From: a virus | Taxonomy: Duplodnaviria; Caudoviricetes | Length of the DNA stretch: 64,000 bases | Virus record (IMG/VR): IMGVR_UViG_3300035670_000009 | Span: 1-64,000 of that record | Strand: one strand, 5' to 3' | Shown here: positions 1 to 8,375 of the stretch, one piece after another | Numbering within the stretch: the first letter of the stretch is position 1 | Layout: every line of letters begins with the position of its first letter | Translations under genes and position numbers: made by a program | The notes under the pieces: model-generated | The model's input: the letters and a program-made list of their open reading frames with translations, nothing else | Databases searched by the model: none | Told to the model about the DNA's origin: nothing

Positions 1-1393
1 CAACAAATGCGCCAGTTTCGTTGCCGATTAGGCAATTATGTAGGTCAGTCGCTTCGCGACCCAACGCCAGATATGCCGCAAGCCCCGCAAACCCCACTCT
101 TGATAGGTTTCCGTTTATGTCCAATTTATATGTTGTTGAAGTCAGCCCAACCGCAACATTTCCGCTCGCATCAATCACAAACGGATCGGTATCGCTGCTG
201 GCGTCGTTGACGACGAAACTATTGGCAGTTCCTGTGTTGGTAATCGTTACTGGGACGACGTTGCCGCTGTTCTCAAACGTGGCGGCCCCAGTGATCGCCG
301 CCCCCGCCTGCCCGACGATCTGCCCCGCGAACGTGGCGGTGCCGGTGGAGGAAATAGTGAGGCGGGTGGTGTTGTTTGTATCGATGTAGAGCGGCTTGTT
401 GACCTCAACGCGGATCACGCCCTCTTCGTTGCCGTTGAGGCCAAGCAGAAGCCCGGTACTGCTACCAGAGTCAGTGTTGGTGATGCGAGCGTATACGTCA
501 GCACCAGACCCTTCATGGACGTGTAGTTTCTGCGTAGGCGTTACGTTGATGCCGACACTGCCCGTGAAAGTCGGACTCGCCGTCGGCTGCACGGAGAGCG
601 CGGTCCTCGCCGCTGCGGCCGACACCGCAGTCAGCACTCCGCTGGTTGTGGTGACCACGAATTGATCCGCCGTCGATCCGATCGCACCGGCGTTGCTGAT
701 GTTGCCGTGCGTGTGCGATGTCGGCGTGCGTGCATCCGAGAGCCGCGAGTCGTTGCCCTGACAAGCCGTGCCGCTACTGGTCCCGTACGCGACGCTCGCC
801 GTCCCAGACGACACGCCCAGTCCCGTGCCGACGATGATTGCGCCCGCTGCGCCAGTTGTCGCTAAAGGAAGCCTGGCGGGATCCAACGTGCCGCTCGTTA
901 TGCTCGCCGCTGTAATTGGCGCGGCGATGCCGTTGAGGCTGACACCAAAAAAAGCCGCGTCGGACGCGGGCGCCTGGCTAAACGTAATGTTGTTGCCCGA
1001 GACTGTGTAATCTGTGACAGGTTCTTGCACAACACCGTTGAGCGAGATAATCAACGCCGCCGCGCTAGCTGGATACACAGCTGTTGCGCCGCTGAGCAAA
1101 GCAAACGTAGTCGTCACGCCATTAAACGTAAGCGCGTCGAGCTTGAGCGCTTCGCTTGCCGGACCGGTTGGCCCCGAAGGCCCCGTGGGCCCCACAGGCC
1201 CCGTTGCGCCAACTGCGCCCGTTGGACCGACCGGCCCCGTTGCGCCTGGCAGATTCAGCTGCTGAATGACGTTGTTCGCGTCTTTGTAAAACAACTTGCC
1301 GTCGGCATAGTTTAATGCCAGCTCGCCGTGTTCGAGCACTGATGGCGTGTTTGACGCGGTGCCGGAGCGTTTGATGCGAATCGTATTGGCCAT
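1..1393 (-). CDS. Tail fibre/receptor-binding protein with short collagen-like segment (3' end beyond the window edge)
   Basis: Translated by hand from ATG at 1393 (MANTIRIKRSGTASNTPSVLEHGELALNYADGKLFYKD...[16 protein letters not shown]...). The frame stays open to the left edge, so it is absent from the ORF track. The N-terminal IRIKR/GELA motif and Gly/Thr/Ser-rich body are typical of phage fibres. Confidence 0.75.
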   Translation of the reverse strand, partial: MANTIRIKRSGTASNTPSVLEHGELALNYADGKLFYKDANNVIQQLNLPGATGPVGPTGAVGATGPVGPTGPSGPTGPASEALKLDALTFNGVTTTFALLSGATAVYPASAAALIISLNGVVQEPVTDYTVSGNNITFSQAPASDAAFFGVSLNGIAAPITAASITSGTLDPARLPLATTGAAGAIIVGTGLGVSSGTASVAYGTSSGTACQGNDSRLSDARTPTSHTHGNISNAGAIGSTADQFVVTTTSGVLTAVSAAAARTALSVQPTASPTFTGSVGINVTPTQKLHVHEGSGADVYARITNTDSGSSTGLLLGLNGNEEGVIRVEVNKPLYIDTNNTTRLTISSTGTATFAGQIVGQAGAAITGAATFENSGNVVPVTITNTGTANSFVVNDASSDTDPFVIDASGNVAVGLTSTTYKLDINGNLSRVGFAGLAAYLALGREATDLHNCLIGNETGAFV

Positions 1394-1529
1394 GCGCAGC
1401 AGAACTCCGTCAAAGCAATTTAGGCGCGAAAACGCAGCCCTAAATCCTACTAACGAAGGAGAAAGGCGGCAACGGCTGAAATTGCGGCCAAAAAGCCACG
1501 CAGCGCCAAAAGATATCTTTGGGCGCGCG

Positions 1530-2408
1530 TCAACCGTCTTCTTTGCGCAGCAGAAAGTAGTCCATGGCGGCCGGAGCAGCTGCTGTGTAGCGCAACAGGC
1601 CGTCTTCCCGGTACTCGACGGGCGGCTCGCCGCTCGAAAGTTTGGGAAAATAGGTCTCGCGCTTGAGATATTGCCTATTTACGCGCTCGCCGTGCCAAAA
1701 ATGCGTCGCAGAGTCTCCCGGCACGCAGCCCACCCGAAAACGTTGATCCAAAGCGTTGGCCCGGTACAAATCGAAGCTCTCGACTCCGATATTCATCTCG
1801 CCTTTTCGCGCTTTCGTACGCAAAATCGATTCCATTTCAGGATGGTCTGAAAGCGCAAACCAAAACGCAGCGTCTCCGCCACCCGCAATTGCGCGATCGT
1901 AAAAACCGCCTAGGCGCTCAAACGCATCGCGGGTCATCGCCACGCCAAATCCAGGATGCGCGCGATGCGGCCACGGCGCTAAACCGCGAGTGACGGCCGC
2001 GCCAGCTGAAAGCATTTGCTGAAAAATATTGCCGTCTTTATCGAGCCACCGCGCGCGTTGAAACGGCGAGCAGATATCGAGCGCGTCGAGCACGCCAGAA
2101 ACATGACCCGCCCAGCCGTCAGACAGCCGAATGTCGCAGTCTAAGAAAAGCAGCTTGTCGCACTCTGGCAGCAACTGCGCGCCGAGATTCCAGAGATTTT
2201 CTTTGTAGAAAATCGGCTCTGCGTTTTCATAAACGCGGACTCGTACGTCTTTTGGCGCTGGCTGCGGCTCCTGGCCGGAGAAAGTAGCCTGCGTAAAAGC
2301 TACTTGAACTCCGGAATCCAGAAGCCACTGCAGCGTTGTCGCCAAATGACGCTTTGGCAGTTCGTAGTTACACGGACTGTAAAACGAAACGACGGCTCCG
2401 AGCGGCAC
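1530..2408 (-). CDS. GT-A fold glycosyltransferase (GT2/GT7-like)
   Basis: DxD motif LFLDCD, KENLWNLGA, and C-terminal AFERLGGF...GGGD. Confidence 0.7.
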   Translation of the reverse strand: MPLGAVVSFYSPCNYELPKRHLATTLQWLLDSGVQVAFTQATFSGQEPQPAPKDVRVRVYENAEPIFYKENLWNLGAQLLPECDKLLFLDCDIRLSDGWAGHVSGVLDALDICSPFQRARWLDKDGNIFQQMLSAGAAVTRGLAPWPHRAHPGFGVAMTRDAFERLGGFYDRAIAGGGDAAFWFALSDHPEMESILRTKARKGEMNIGVESFDLYRANALDQRFRVGCVPGDSATHFWHGERVNRQYLKRETYFPKLSSGEPPVEYREDGLLRYTAAAPAAMDYFLLRKEDG

Positions 2409-2422
2409 GGAGAACTCCGTTT

Positions 2423-4126
2423 TCAGAAGGTGCCGCCATCCAGCGAATCAGTCCACGCAATCGTGTCGCTCGACGCGGTGTACAGCAGCAGCTTGTCGGT
2501 CGAGCCGCCGCCGTCCAGCGCCGAAAGCGTGTCCGCGGTGTTCGCCACCAGGAGACTGCCTTTCGCAATTGACGTCAGTCCCGTGCCGCCCTGCGCCACG
2601 CCAACTGCGGTAAAACCTGTGCCAAGCGCGCCGCTTGTAAGCGTGCCAACGCTTGTAAGCGAAGACGCAGTGACACCCGAGCCGAGCGTGCTCGCACTAA
2701 GCACCGACGCGCCGTTGATGCGGTACGCGTATGTCGCGCCCAACTCAACGTTCTGATTAAAAGTCCAGCTGTCGGTCGCGTTGACCCACAGAATGGTTTT
2801 ATCCGTCGCGCCCTTGAGCGTAATGCCGCCGCCGTCGGCCGTGGTGTCGTCCGGCGCATACACGCTGCCCAGCTCAATGTTCTTATCGTCAACTGTGATC
2901 GTGGTGCTGTTTACGGTTGTAACCGTGCCATTTACGGTCAATGAACCGGAAACGACAAGATCTTTGTTAACCGTAACCGTGCCACCGGCGCTGGAGCCGA
3001 GGTTGATGTTCGTCGTCGAACCCGACGCGCCGCTTGTGCCAATGTTGATCGTGTTGGTTGCGCCGCTGTTGGTCGCGCCCACCGCCACATTGGTCGTGCT
3101 CGCACTCGTGCCGTCATAGCCCAAGTTCAACGTCGTGGCGGCGCCGAAGGCGTTCACCGTCGTCGCCGTCGTATCGAATACGCCGAACGTCGTGCTGCCC
3201 GTAGTTACGCTCGTCGTAAACGCGGGGCTTGTGCCAAACACCAGCGCGCCCGTGCCAGTCTCGTCGGTCACAGCCGTTGCGAGATTGGCACTGGACGGCG
3301 TGGCCAGAAAATCCGCGACTCCAGCGCCCAGACCAGAAATACCCGTGCTGACAGGCAGCCCCGTGCAGTTTGTCAGCGTGCCAGACGTTGGCGTACCAAG
3401 TACGGGCGTAACAAGCGTCGGGGTGTTGGCGAACACCAGCGCGCCCGTGCCAGTCTCGTCGCTGATTACGCCAGCCAACTCAGATGAAGTAGTTGCGGCA
3501 AAAGCGCTCAGCTTGTCAGTCGTGTAAACGACTGTGCCACCCGCGCCGAACGCGACGCTGCTGGAGTCGGTGCCCGTGAACGTCAGCGTGTTGCTCACGG
3601 TGAGCGTCTTGTTGTCGGCGATCGTGAGCGTCGCGGCCGTGGCGGGCGCGGTGATCGTGACCTTGTTAACCGAGGTCAGGCTCAGATGCCGCAGGCTGGC
3701 CAGGTCTTTGTTGGCGTCGACGACCAGAGCCTTGCTGGCGGTGACGGTGCCAGCTGTAACATCATCCAGAACGTTAAGTTCGGCGGCGCTCGTGTTGACC
3801 GTGACATTGTCAATCTTGATCGTGCCTTCAAGATTGACCGTGCCGTTGAACGTGTTCGTGTACGTCTCGCCAAACGTATTGTTTGCATCAAGTTTGGCGT
3901 ACTGCGACAAATTTGAGTTTGTCAGCGCTGTATCGACGTAGCTCTTGGTGGCAAAAGTTCCGTCGCCACCGATGGCAATGACGCTCGTAGCTACGCCGTC
4001 AGAATCGCCTTTACCGTAGTAAAGCGTATTGTTGACTTCGTTAAATGCTAACTCGGCGTTGGCCAGACTTGCCGGAGCGCCTGAATCACCAGTCTTACGA
4101 CGCTTGATGCGAATAACATTGGCCAT
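2423..4126 (-). CDS. Tail fibre / long virion structural protein
   Basis: Start MANVIRIKRR (GGAG upstream), LANAELAFN motif, Thr/Gly-rich, internal repeat DETGTGALVF x2, C-terminal DGGTF. Confidence 0.7.
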   Translation of the reverse strand: MANVIRIKRRKTGDSGAPASLANAELAFNEVNNTLYYGKGDSDGVATSVIAIGGDGTFATKSYVDTALTNSNLSQYAKLDANNTFGETYTNTFNGTVNLEGTIKIDNVTVNTSAAELNVLDDVTAGTVTASKALVVDANKDLASLRHLSLTSVNKVTITAPATAATLTIADNKTLTVSNTLTFTGTDSSSVAFGAGGTVVYTTDKLSAFAATTSSELAGVISDETGTGALVFANTPTLVTPVLGTPTSGTLTNCTGLPVSTGISGLGAGVADFLATPSSANLATAVTDETGTGALVFGTSPAFTTSVTTGSTTFGVFDTTATTVNAFGAATTLNLGYDGTSASTTNVAVGATNSGATNTINIGTSGASGSTTNINLGSSAGGTVTVNKDLVVSGSLTVNGTVTTVNSTTITVDDKNIELGSVYAPDDTTADGGGITLKGATDKTILWVNATDSWTFNQNVELGATYAYRINGASVLSASTLGSGVTASSLTSVGTLTSGALGTGFTAVGVAQGGTGLTSIAKGSLLVANTADTLSALDGGGSTDKLLLYTASSDTIAWTDSLDGGTF

Positions 4127-4172
4127 GGTTAGCACTCCGTTGTTGCTGCTTGAAAGTCAAAACCTAAAGTTG

Positions 4173-4694
4173 TTAAAAACTGCCGCCGTCCGTAAGGCGT
4201 TCAAGTTTTGCCGGACGCCACTGATTGGTGTCAGGATCGTACACTAATGCTGATCGGTCAGGAGGTATTGTATCATCTACGTCGGTCAAACCGGCCAGCG
4301 TCGGCGTGGGCGCTAAAATCGGCGCCCAGTTCTCCAGCACGGCGGGATTCTGCCCCTGCAAAACAAACGTCGTGCTGATGTCTTCGCGAATGGCCAGGTC
4401 GCCAATTTGCGCCGACAGCGCAAGCATAGCCGCGGCTGAACTTACTGTAAAAGTCTCGGTGATCGCAACAGCAGGGAGCTGCGCCGCGGGGACGCGCGCG
4501 TTGGCGTCCAACGTTGCCACGCCGTCTGCAGCGCCCTTTTCCGGCTGCCGCACGGCGTTGACCTCGTCGATAATATCCTGAATCGTCGTGCGCTTTGTTT
4601 TCCGCCGCGCGAGCTCCGAGTCGACGATCGGAAGAATGTCCGTCGGCGCAAGATTACTCTTCGGCTCGAGTTCAGAGATTTTTTTGCGCGACAT
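4173..4694 (-). CDS. Virion/tail-associated protein
   Basis: N-terminal KKISEL...TDILPIV motif, GVATLDANARVP, C-terminal DGGSF shared with the neighbouring fibre. Confidence 0.55.
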   Translation of the reverse strand: MSRKKISELEPKSNLAPTDILPIVDSELARRKTKRTTIQDIIDEVNAVRQPEKGAADGVATLDANARVPAAQLPAVAITETFTVSSAAAMLALSAQIGDLAIREDISTTFVLQGQNPAVLENWAPILAPTPTLAGLTDVDDTIPPDRSALVYDPDTNQWRPAKLERLTDGGSF

Positions 4695-4838
4695 GGTCAG
4701 CCCTAGCAAGCTTTACACCACACCAAGCCCGCCGCTCCGAGCTCAAAGAAATACGCCGAAAAGCACAGATTACCGGCCCAAAGATATCAAATTCGCGCGC
4801 AGCCGTGTAAGCCTGTAGCTGGTAGCTAGCGCGGCGTG

Positions 4839-5405
4839 TCAGCGTACCTTCTTAACGATGACCTGGTTCAGCTTGTGCAGCAGCATGAAGCGCGTAGCGT
4901 AGGCCTGAAGAAAGCCGTCGATGCCCAGGCCTGGATCGATCACGCCGACCTGGTCGTTGGGATGGTTCCAGCGGTAATCGTCGAAGATCATGACGCCGCC
5001 GTTGCGCAACAGCGGCCAGGCCAGTACGGCGTCGCTGAGCACTCCCGCGGCGTCGTGATCGCCGTCAACGTAGACCACGTCATAGTGCCGGTCTGAACTC
5101 GCCTGCGCCGCCAGCCAAACAAACGACCGGGATTTGACCTTCTCGACCCGCGCGGCATAGGGCGCCATGGTCGCGTCCCAGGCCTGCTCGATCTCCGGCT
5201 TCCACCAGCCGTCGATACAGGTCATCCGGTCTTCCGGCCGCAGAATGTTCTCCAGCACCCAGGCAGCGCCATGGCCGCTGTAAGAACCGATCTCCAGCCA
5301 GTGCGCCGGGCGATTCGTGGGAAGCAGCCCGGGAAGAATTTTCAACCAGGCGGCGGTGTTTGCGAAATGCCAGGTCGTGCCCGGCGCATCAACCGCGTCA
5401 GTCAT
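4839..5405 (-). CDS. Class I SAM-dependent methyltransferase (Methyltransf_24-like)
   Basis: LEIGSYSG, YVDGDH, LRNGGVMIFDDY motifs. Confidence 0.85.
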   Translation of the reverse strand: MTDAVDAPGTTWHFANTAAWLKILPGLLPTNRPAHWLEIGSYSGHGAAWVLENILRPEDRMTCIDGWWKPEIEQAWDATMAPYAARVEKVKSRSFVWLAAQASSDRHYDVVYVDGDHDAAGVLSDAVLAWPLLRNGGVMIFDDYRWNHPNDQVGVIDPGLGIDGFLQAYATRFMLLHKLNQVIVKKVR

Positions 5406-5434
5406 GAAATCAACCTTCTTTTAATTACTGTCGC

Positions 5435-6571
5435 CTACAACGGCGCGCTGCTCGAGCTAGCTATGTCGGGTAAAAAGTCCTGCGCGGCAGTGCCAAACCA
5501 GTTTGTGCCGTCTGAGACAAATCGAAAGATATCTATGGCGCCGACTTCTGGCGTGACTTCTGGTGCAATACCTGCAGGCCACCATGCGTCAGCAAATACA
5601 GCCGTGTAGGCGCCCAGCTGCGTTAGTATTACCGTGAAGCTGCGCCCTGCAATGGGCGCAGGCATCGTAAAAATACAGTCGTCCGTGAGCGCATACGCCT
5701 GCACGCCCCCGTCGTCGAGCGTGATCACCGGCGAAGCACCTGAGCTCGCGTGTTCGACGAAGCCCTCGGTCAGGGGCCCGCGCAGCTTGAGTCCTTCGAC
5801 GTACGTTGTGTTGGGCTCATCGGCTGTTAAATACGAACCAAGCAAGTGCGCGTTCGTTTGCTCGTTCGTGTCATTGAACTGCCCCGCCAGCACGCTTGAG
5901 TAATCTCCGCTGGCGACGTTGTCATTGTCGACATACGCCACGAGACTGCCCGCGCCCGTTCCGGCAGTAATAAGGCTGCTGCCAGAAGGCCCAGTAGCGC
6001 CAACTGCACCAGTTGCACCCACTGCGCCAGTTGCGCCAGTTGCGCCAACAACGCCAGATGGCCCAGAAGGCCCAGTAGCGCCAGAAGGGCCGACTAAGCC
6101 AGTAACGCCGACTGCGCCAGACGGACCCGCGGGCCCAATAGCGCCAGTAGCACCAGTTGCGCCGACTGCGCCAGATGCTCCAGATGCTCCGCTTGGGCCA
6201 GTTGGACCAGTCGGGCCGCCTGCCGGGCCGATCGGGCCGGTTGCGCCGCGCTGGCCTTCAGGACCAGTTGCGCCTGTAACGCCGCGAGGGCCAGTTGCGC
6301 CGCGCGCGCCTGTTACGCCCGTTGGGCCTGTTGCACCCGTAACGCCGACTGGACCTGTAGCGCCTGTCGCGCCCTGATATTGCGGCCCGCCGTCTTCCGG
6401 CGCAAAAGTCACAATCGTGCCGTCTGTTTTGGCGATGTAAAGCCGCTCTTCTGTCTCGCCAAAAGCTAATTCGCCGCGTTTCAGGCGCGTCGGCTCGCCG
6501 TTTACCGCATTTGCAGCGCGGCGACGCTTAGACCAGAGCCGAATAATGCGGAAAATGCGAGTAATAGACAC
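5435..6571 (-). CDS. Collagen-like tail fibre/virion protein
   Basis: About 43 contiguous Gly-X-Y triplets (GATGPTG...), N-terminal LKRGELAF motif, C-terminal beta-rich domain ([14 protein letters not shown]). Confidence 0.8.
   Translation of the reverse strand: MSITRIFRIIRLWSKRRRAANAVNGEPTRLKRGELAFGETEERLYIAKTDGTIVTFAPEDGGPQYQGATGATGPVGVTGATGPTGVTGARGATGPRGVTGATGPEGQRGATGPIGPAGGPTGPTGPSGASGASGAVGATGATGAIGPAGPSGAVGVTGLVGPSGATGPSGPSGVVGATGATGAVGATGAVGATGPSGSSLITAGTGAGSLVAYVDNDNVASGDYSSVLAGQFNDTNEQTNAHLLGSYLTADEPNTTYVEGLKLRGPLTEGFVEHASSGASPVITLDDGGVQAYALTDDCIFTMPAPIAGRSFTVILTQLGAYTAVFADAWWPAGIAPEVTPEVGAIDIFRFVSDGTNWFGTAAQDFLPDIASSSSAPL
5981..6373 (-). repeat. Collagen Gly-X-Y coding repeat (Y mostly Thr, also Ser/Val/Ala)
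   Basis: 9-nt periodicity such as gcgccagtt/gggccagtt. Confidence 0.85.
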
Positions 6572-6622
6572 AACGCAGCCTCATGCAGCAGCCAATGCCC
6601 GCAACAAAACAGTGATTGTAAT

Positions 6623-7306
6623 CTATTCGGTGGGCGGCGAGCTTGGGGCTAGGTCTGGAGTTAGGTCTGGCGCTGGGTCTGGCACCGGGGCAAGAACTGG
6701 CTCAACCGCGGGGTACGGCGGCAGCTCATCTGGCTGAATTTTGTAAGAAAAACGACGCAGATCTTCTTCCCACCAAAAACGCAGTGCTTCAATTACAGCC
6801 CGCGATAAACACGTGTTCCAACGCGGACTTGACTGGTTGGCGTCAAAGTAGTTTGAGCGCGGCAGATCTGTTGGAGCGGCAAGAACGCCAGCCTCATAAA
6901 GATCAGCGCCGAGCGATTCTTGCCGAATCAGCTCGTAGTTGTCAGCGCCCAGCACGCGGCTTTGATTCCAGCCGTAAAAATAGAAAGGATGAGCCTGGTG
7001 CACCACGTCCCAGGCAAACTGTTCGGGATTCGGTGCGCCACGGCCGTGCAGTAGCTCGTTCTTGGCAAAATGCCCCCAAAGACTCATGAGCCGCTGGAGC
7101 GGATGCCGCACCGTGGCAAGCTTGCGCCAGCTGTGCGCCAACGGCGGCGTCGCCGTCGAGTGATGGTCGTAGTGGCCTTCGTTACCAACCGGGCCGACGC
7201 ACAAGATGGCGTTATAAGGCGCGCGGCACAGCACCTCAATAAGCGTCGTGCTGGCGGTCTTCGGCGGCGTGTAAATCACCAGCTGTTTGTCAGGAAAAAG
7301 CAACAT
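6623..7306 (-). CDS. Sulfotransferase family 2-like protein
   Basis: PAPS-binding motifs YTPPKTASTT and TVRHPLQRLMSLW; Pro-rich tail; start moved to MLLFPDK. Confidence 0.75.
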   Translation of the reverse strand: MLLFPDKQLVIYTPPKTASTTLIEVLCRAPYNAILCVGPVGNEGHYDHHSTATPPLAHSWRKLATVRHPLQRLMSLWGHFAKNELLHGRGAPNPEQFAWDVVHQAHPFYFYGWNQSRVLGADNYELIRQESLGADLYEAGVLAAPTDLPRSNYFDANQSSPRWNTCLSRAVIEALRFWWEEDLRRFSYKIQPDELPPYPAVEPVLAPVPDPAPDLTPDLAPSSPPTE

Positions 7307-7366
7307 GGCGCGTCTCTCTTTTGTGCGAGCTAGTGGGCTGCACGCTGTAGTAGCCTGCGCCCGCAT

Positions 7367-8341
7367 TTAACATTGTGCCATAAACCACTGCGCGGTTAAT
7401 CGCAGGCCGTAGCTCAGCGGCACGGTCGGTCGCCATCCCAGAATTTCATGCGCACGTGAAGCATCCACGAGATTGCTGCGTAGATCTCCTGGCCGTGCTG
7501 GACCGTATTCGGGCGCGGGCACGACAAACTGCGGCTGCTGCTCACATTTTTGCGCGCTAATTTCAGCCCGCACACGCGCCTCGAGCACGTTGACATCCGT
7601 GCCGATGCCCGTGCCGATATTCAAGCTCGTGAGCGCGCCTGCTGAAAGTAGCGCCGAATTTGTCAACGTCAGTGCCAGCACGTTAGCCCGCGCCACATCG
7701 GCTACGTAGACGTAGTCGCGCACGTAGTTTCCGTCGCCGTTGATACATGCCGCTTGGCCCGCGAGAAACTTCTTGCAAAAGATAGCCACCACGCCCGCCT
7801 CGCCGTGCGGACTTTGCCGCGGGCCGTAGACATTGGCGTAGCGCAGCGCGACAGCCGTGAAATTGTATTGCCGCGCATAGAACTCGAGATAGCGTTCGCC
7901 GACCCACTTCGAGATGCCGTAGGGGCTCACTGGGTTTGCCGGTGCAGACTCTGGCGCTGGCGCGCGCACGTCGCCATAGAGCACACCGCCGCTTGAGGCA
8001 AAAATTACGCGAGAGCACTTGTGTTGCACCGCGGCGTCGAGCACGTGCAACAAGCCCAGGCAGTTGATTTCAGCGTCAACGACTGGCTCGCGCACCGACC
8101 GGCTGACTGACAGCTGCGCTGCCTGATGGCACACGGCCTCGGGCTGCTCTTGCGCAAACACTTCGCTGACAGCTTTGGCGTCGCGAATATCGACGGCGTG
8201 CAACAACACGCCCGCCGGAAGATTTGCGAGCGTTCCCGTCGATAAATCGTCTAGTACGGCAACTGTGTGCCCAGCAGCACACAGCTGGTCGACAATGTGG
8301 CTGCCAATGAATCCCGCACCGCCAGTGACAAGTACGCGCAT
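7367..8341 (-). CDS. NAD-dependent epimerase/dehydratase (UDP-glucose 4-epimerase-like)
   Basis: TGGAGFIGSH Rossmann motif, YGISK catalytic YxxxK, RYANVYGPRQ, VRDYVYVADV. Confidence 0.92.
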   Translation of the reverse strand: MRVLVTGGAGFIGSHIVDQLCAAGHTVAVLDDLSTGTLANLPAGVLLHAVDIRDAKAVSEVFAQEQPEAVCHQAAQLSVSRSVREPVVDAEINCLGLLHVLDAAVQHKCSRVIFASSGGVLYGDVRAPAPESAPANPVSPYGISKWVGERYLEFYARQYNFTAVALRYANVYGPRQSPHGEAGVVAIFCKKFLAGQAACINGDGNYVRDYVYVADVARANVLALTLTNSALLSAGALTSLNIGTGIGTDVNVLEARVRAEISAQKCEQQPQFVVPAPEYGPARPGDLRSNLVDASRAHEILGWRPTVPLSYGLRLTAQWFMAQC

Positions 8342-8375
8342 GTTTGAACTACCGAGGAAAAATCGGGCGTTCGTA

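Noticed and set aside
4779-4790. AAAGATATCAAA as another palindrome copy
   Set aside because: It has two mismatches and is only about 750 bp from a perfect copy, so it was not counted.
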